From an uncultured Candidatus Saccharibacteria bacterium (GTDB lineage: Bacteria; Patescibacteriota; Minisyncoccia; Phycocordibacterales; CAYGLL01): 24,000 nucleotides of DNA. The stretch spans positions 4,159 through 28,158 of the forward strand of contig CAYGLL010000012.1 in the NCBI GenBank assembly GCA_964350935.1, read 5' to 3'. The notes below the pieces were generated by a model. That model worked only from the letters and a program-made list of their open reading frames with translations, was not told the DNA's origin and did no database searches. The position numbers and the translations under genes were made by a program. Numbering within the stretch: the first letter of the stretch is position 1; each line of letters begins with the position of its first letter. This document shows, one piece after another, positions 22,683 to 24,000 of this stretch.

Positions 22683-23375
22683 CTAGGCTTTCAACAAAGG
22701 GGTGGTCGCCAACTTTGCTCTTTCCCGTGGAGTGAGCCTCTTCCAGAACTTCCATGAAAACTCATCCAAAATCGTAACACCGGGATCCTTTTCCCCGTCT
22801 GACAAAAACTCATACGTATCTTTGACCACATGACTAAGGAAGCGCTGAGTAAACGCGGGGTTTTTGTCGACGATAAGAGCAACGGTGTTCGAGAGTGTTC
22901 CGCTATGAGCGTCTGACCACGGCTGATCGACCCTGGGGTCATTAAAGAGTAGGGTGTTGAGCGTTTTAACAACCGCAAGCTCGAAGACCTCATGGTCTGG
23001 GCCAGTTACCTCGCCGACCCACAGTGACACACCTTGCAAGAGCCCGAGAACAGAGCCTCTCAAAAACTCGATACTTTCTGTGTGACCCCGCTGTTCAGAT
23101 ATCGTTTCGATCTCCTCTGCCGTGTAGCGTCCGACATCACTTCCTGCGACCACCAATGCAGCCACAATTAAGGCTACATCTTCCGTGTTCCGATGTGTGC
23201 GCAGAATAGGACGCATTGGGCCGTCTTCCAAGTCAGCCTCATCTTCTCCCCCAAGAATGCGCCTCACCTTCTGTCCAGACTCAAGGCTACCAAACAGGTG
23301 AACCATGACTTCTGCGAGGAGTAATTTATCCTCAACGCCTCCAAGGAGGCAGTCCAGTGTCTTTTTTATGTTCAT
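22683..23375 (-). CDS. Hypothetical protein (230 aa)
   Basis: I prefer ATG 23375 (MNIKKTLD..., RBS ctGAAAGGGttcttagtATG). The track's 49-aa N-terminal extension covers a structured leader. No family recognised. Confidence 0.5.
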   Translation of the reverse strand: MNIKKTLDCLLGGVEDKLLLAEVMVHLFGSLESGQKVRRILGGEDEADLEDGPMRPILRTHRNTEDVALIVAALVVAGSDVGRYTAEEIETISEQRGHTESIEFLRGSVLGLLQGVSLWVGEVTGPDHEVFELAVVKTLNTLLFNDPRVDQPWSDAHSGTLSNTVALIVDKNPAFTQRFLSHVVKDTYEFLSDGEKDPGVTILDEFSWKFWKRLTPRERAKLATTPLLKA

Positions 23376-23554
23376 ACTAAGAACCCTTTCAGGTTTTTGT
23401 TCCCTTTCAGGAACGATTTTTGAAGAACACGGCGCTTTCACGCCGGGTAGTCTGGGAGTTCGAGACACCTCTATGTCCCGCCAGTCTGGTGTTGAGATTA
23501 CTCCACAACAAAAACAAGTCAACTGGATTCCCGCCTCCGCGGGAATGACACATT

Positions 23555-23986
23555 TCAGACAAACTCAATTTCACGCGTGGTTTCGTCAATAAAGGTAAAA
23601 AATATTTTTTTAGTCGGCACAATTGAAGCCTTTTCAACAATTTCAGGCCACTCAATTAAAATGAGGTTGTGAGGATCAGTTACATAATCAGTAAGACCGA
23701 TTGTCCCGATCTCAGTATTTTTTTGAAGACGATATGCGTCAACGTGAACGAGACGCTTAAAAATTGCATTCGCAGTGTCATACACCTTGAGCAGTACGAA
23801 CGTGGGACTGGTGACCTGATCCTTGATACCAAGGGCGTCAGCAACTCCCTGCGTGAACGTAGTCTTTCCTGAACCCAGATCTCCTGAAAGAGCAACGATT
23901 GTTGCCCCACCACCTGGTTTTAAACACGAAAGAAAATCGGCGGCAGTTTTTTTTGTTTCGTTACTATTCCGTGTAGTTACTTTCAT
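23555..23986 (-). CDS. tsaE: tRNA threonylcarbamoyladenosine (t6A) biosynthesis ATPase TsaE
   Basis: LSGDLGSGKTTFTQG Walker A, VTSPTFVLLKVY and HVDAYRL motifs, characteristic of TsaE/YjeE. Confidence 0.8.
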   Translation of the reverse strand: MKVTTRNSNETKKTAADFLSCLKPGGGATIVALSGDLGSGKTTFTQGVADALGIKDQVTSPTFVLLKVYDTANAIFKRLVHVDAYRLQKNTEIGTIGLTDYVTDPHNLILIEWPEIVEKASIVPTKKIFFTFIDETTREIEFV

Positions 23987-24000
23987 AGTTCGATTGTATA

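Noticed and set aside
1-24000. CRISPR arrays, rRNA genes, IS elements
   Set aside because: I saw no regularly spaced direct repeats, rRNA-like conserved strings or transposase-like ORFs on either strand.

Overview
The window looks like a compact bacterial chromosome segment. It has short intergenic regions, TTGACA/extended -10 promoters, many GC-hairpin+T-tract terminators and AAGGA-type ribosome-binding sites. An uncultivated, reduced-genome lineage is possible, but that is only an inference. The housekeeping genes I recognise from motifs are ruvA (3' end), murE, a cell-wall amidase, a SpoU/TrmH methyltransferase, DoxX, tRNA-Lys(UUU), a Fur-family regulator divergent from a CooC/MinD-like ATPase, pyrH, dcd, purD, pyrD-like, pyrC, holA-like, polA and tsaE. 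Between the ATPase gene (stop 9012) and pyrH (start 13517) lies a roughly 4.5 kb accessory block of hypothetical genes. Its most striking content is four canonical type III hammerhead ribozyme motifs on the + strand (cores at 11281-11333, 11894-11944, 12268-12316, 12798-12846). Each sits in an intergenic gap of a four-ORF operon. Their stems covary, their loops are conserved, and each sits in a shared module of about 80 nt (upstream A-tract, downstream GUUCUUCG box). The same block holds a P-loop NTPase-CYTH fusion gene, two look-alike promoters that each run into a leader terminator, very long RNA helices after two of the ribozymes, and a hammerhead-scaffold-like hairpin that lacks the catalytic core. 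Other points worth a second look: a 13-nt duplication of the tRNA-Lys 3' end 212 bp downstream of the gene, a GC-rich non-coding block next to ruvA, two hypothetical genes with near-identical promoter and terminator parts, and paired GCAA-N5-TTGC operators at the Fur-family locus. All protein calls rest on motif recognition by eye. No database search, covariance-model scan or folding program was run.
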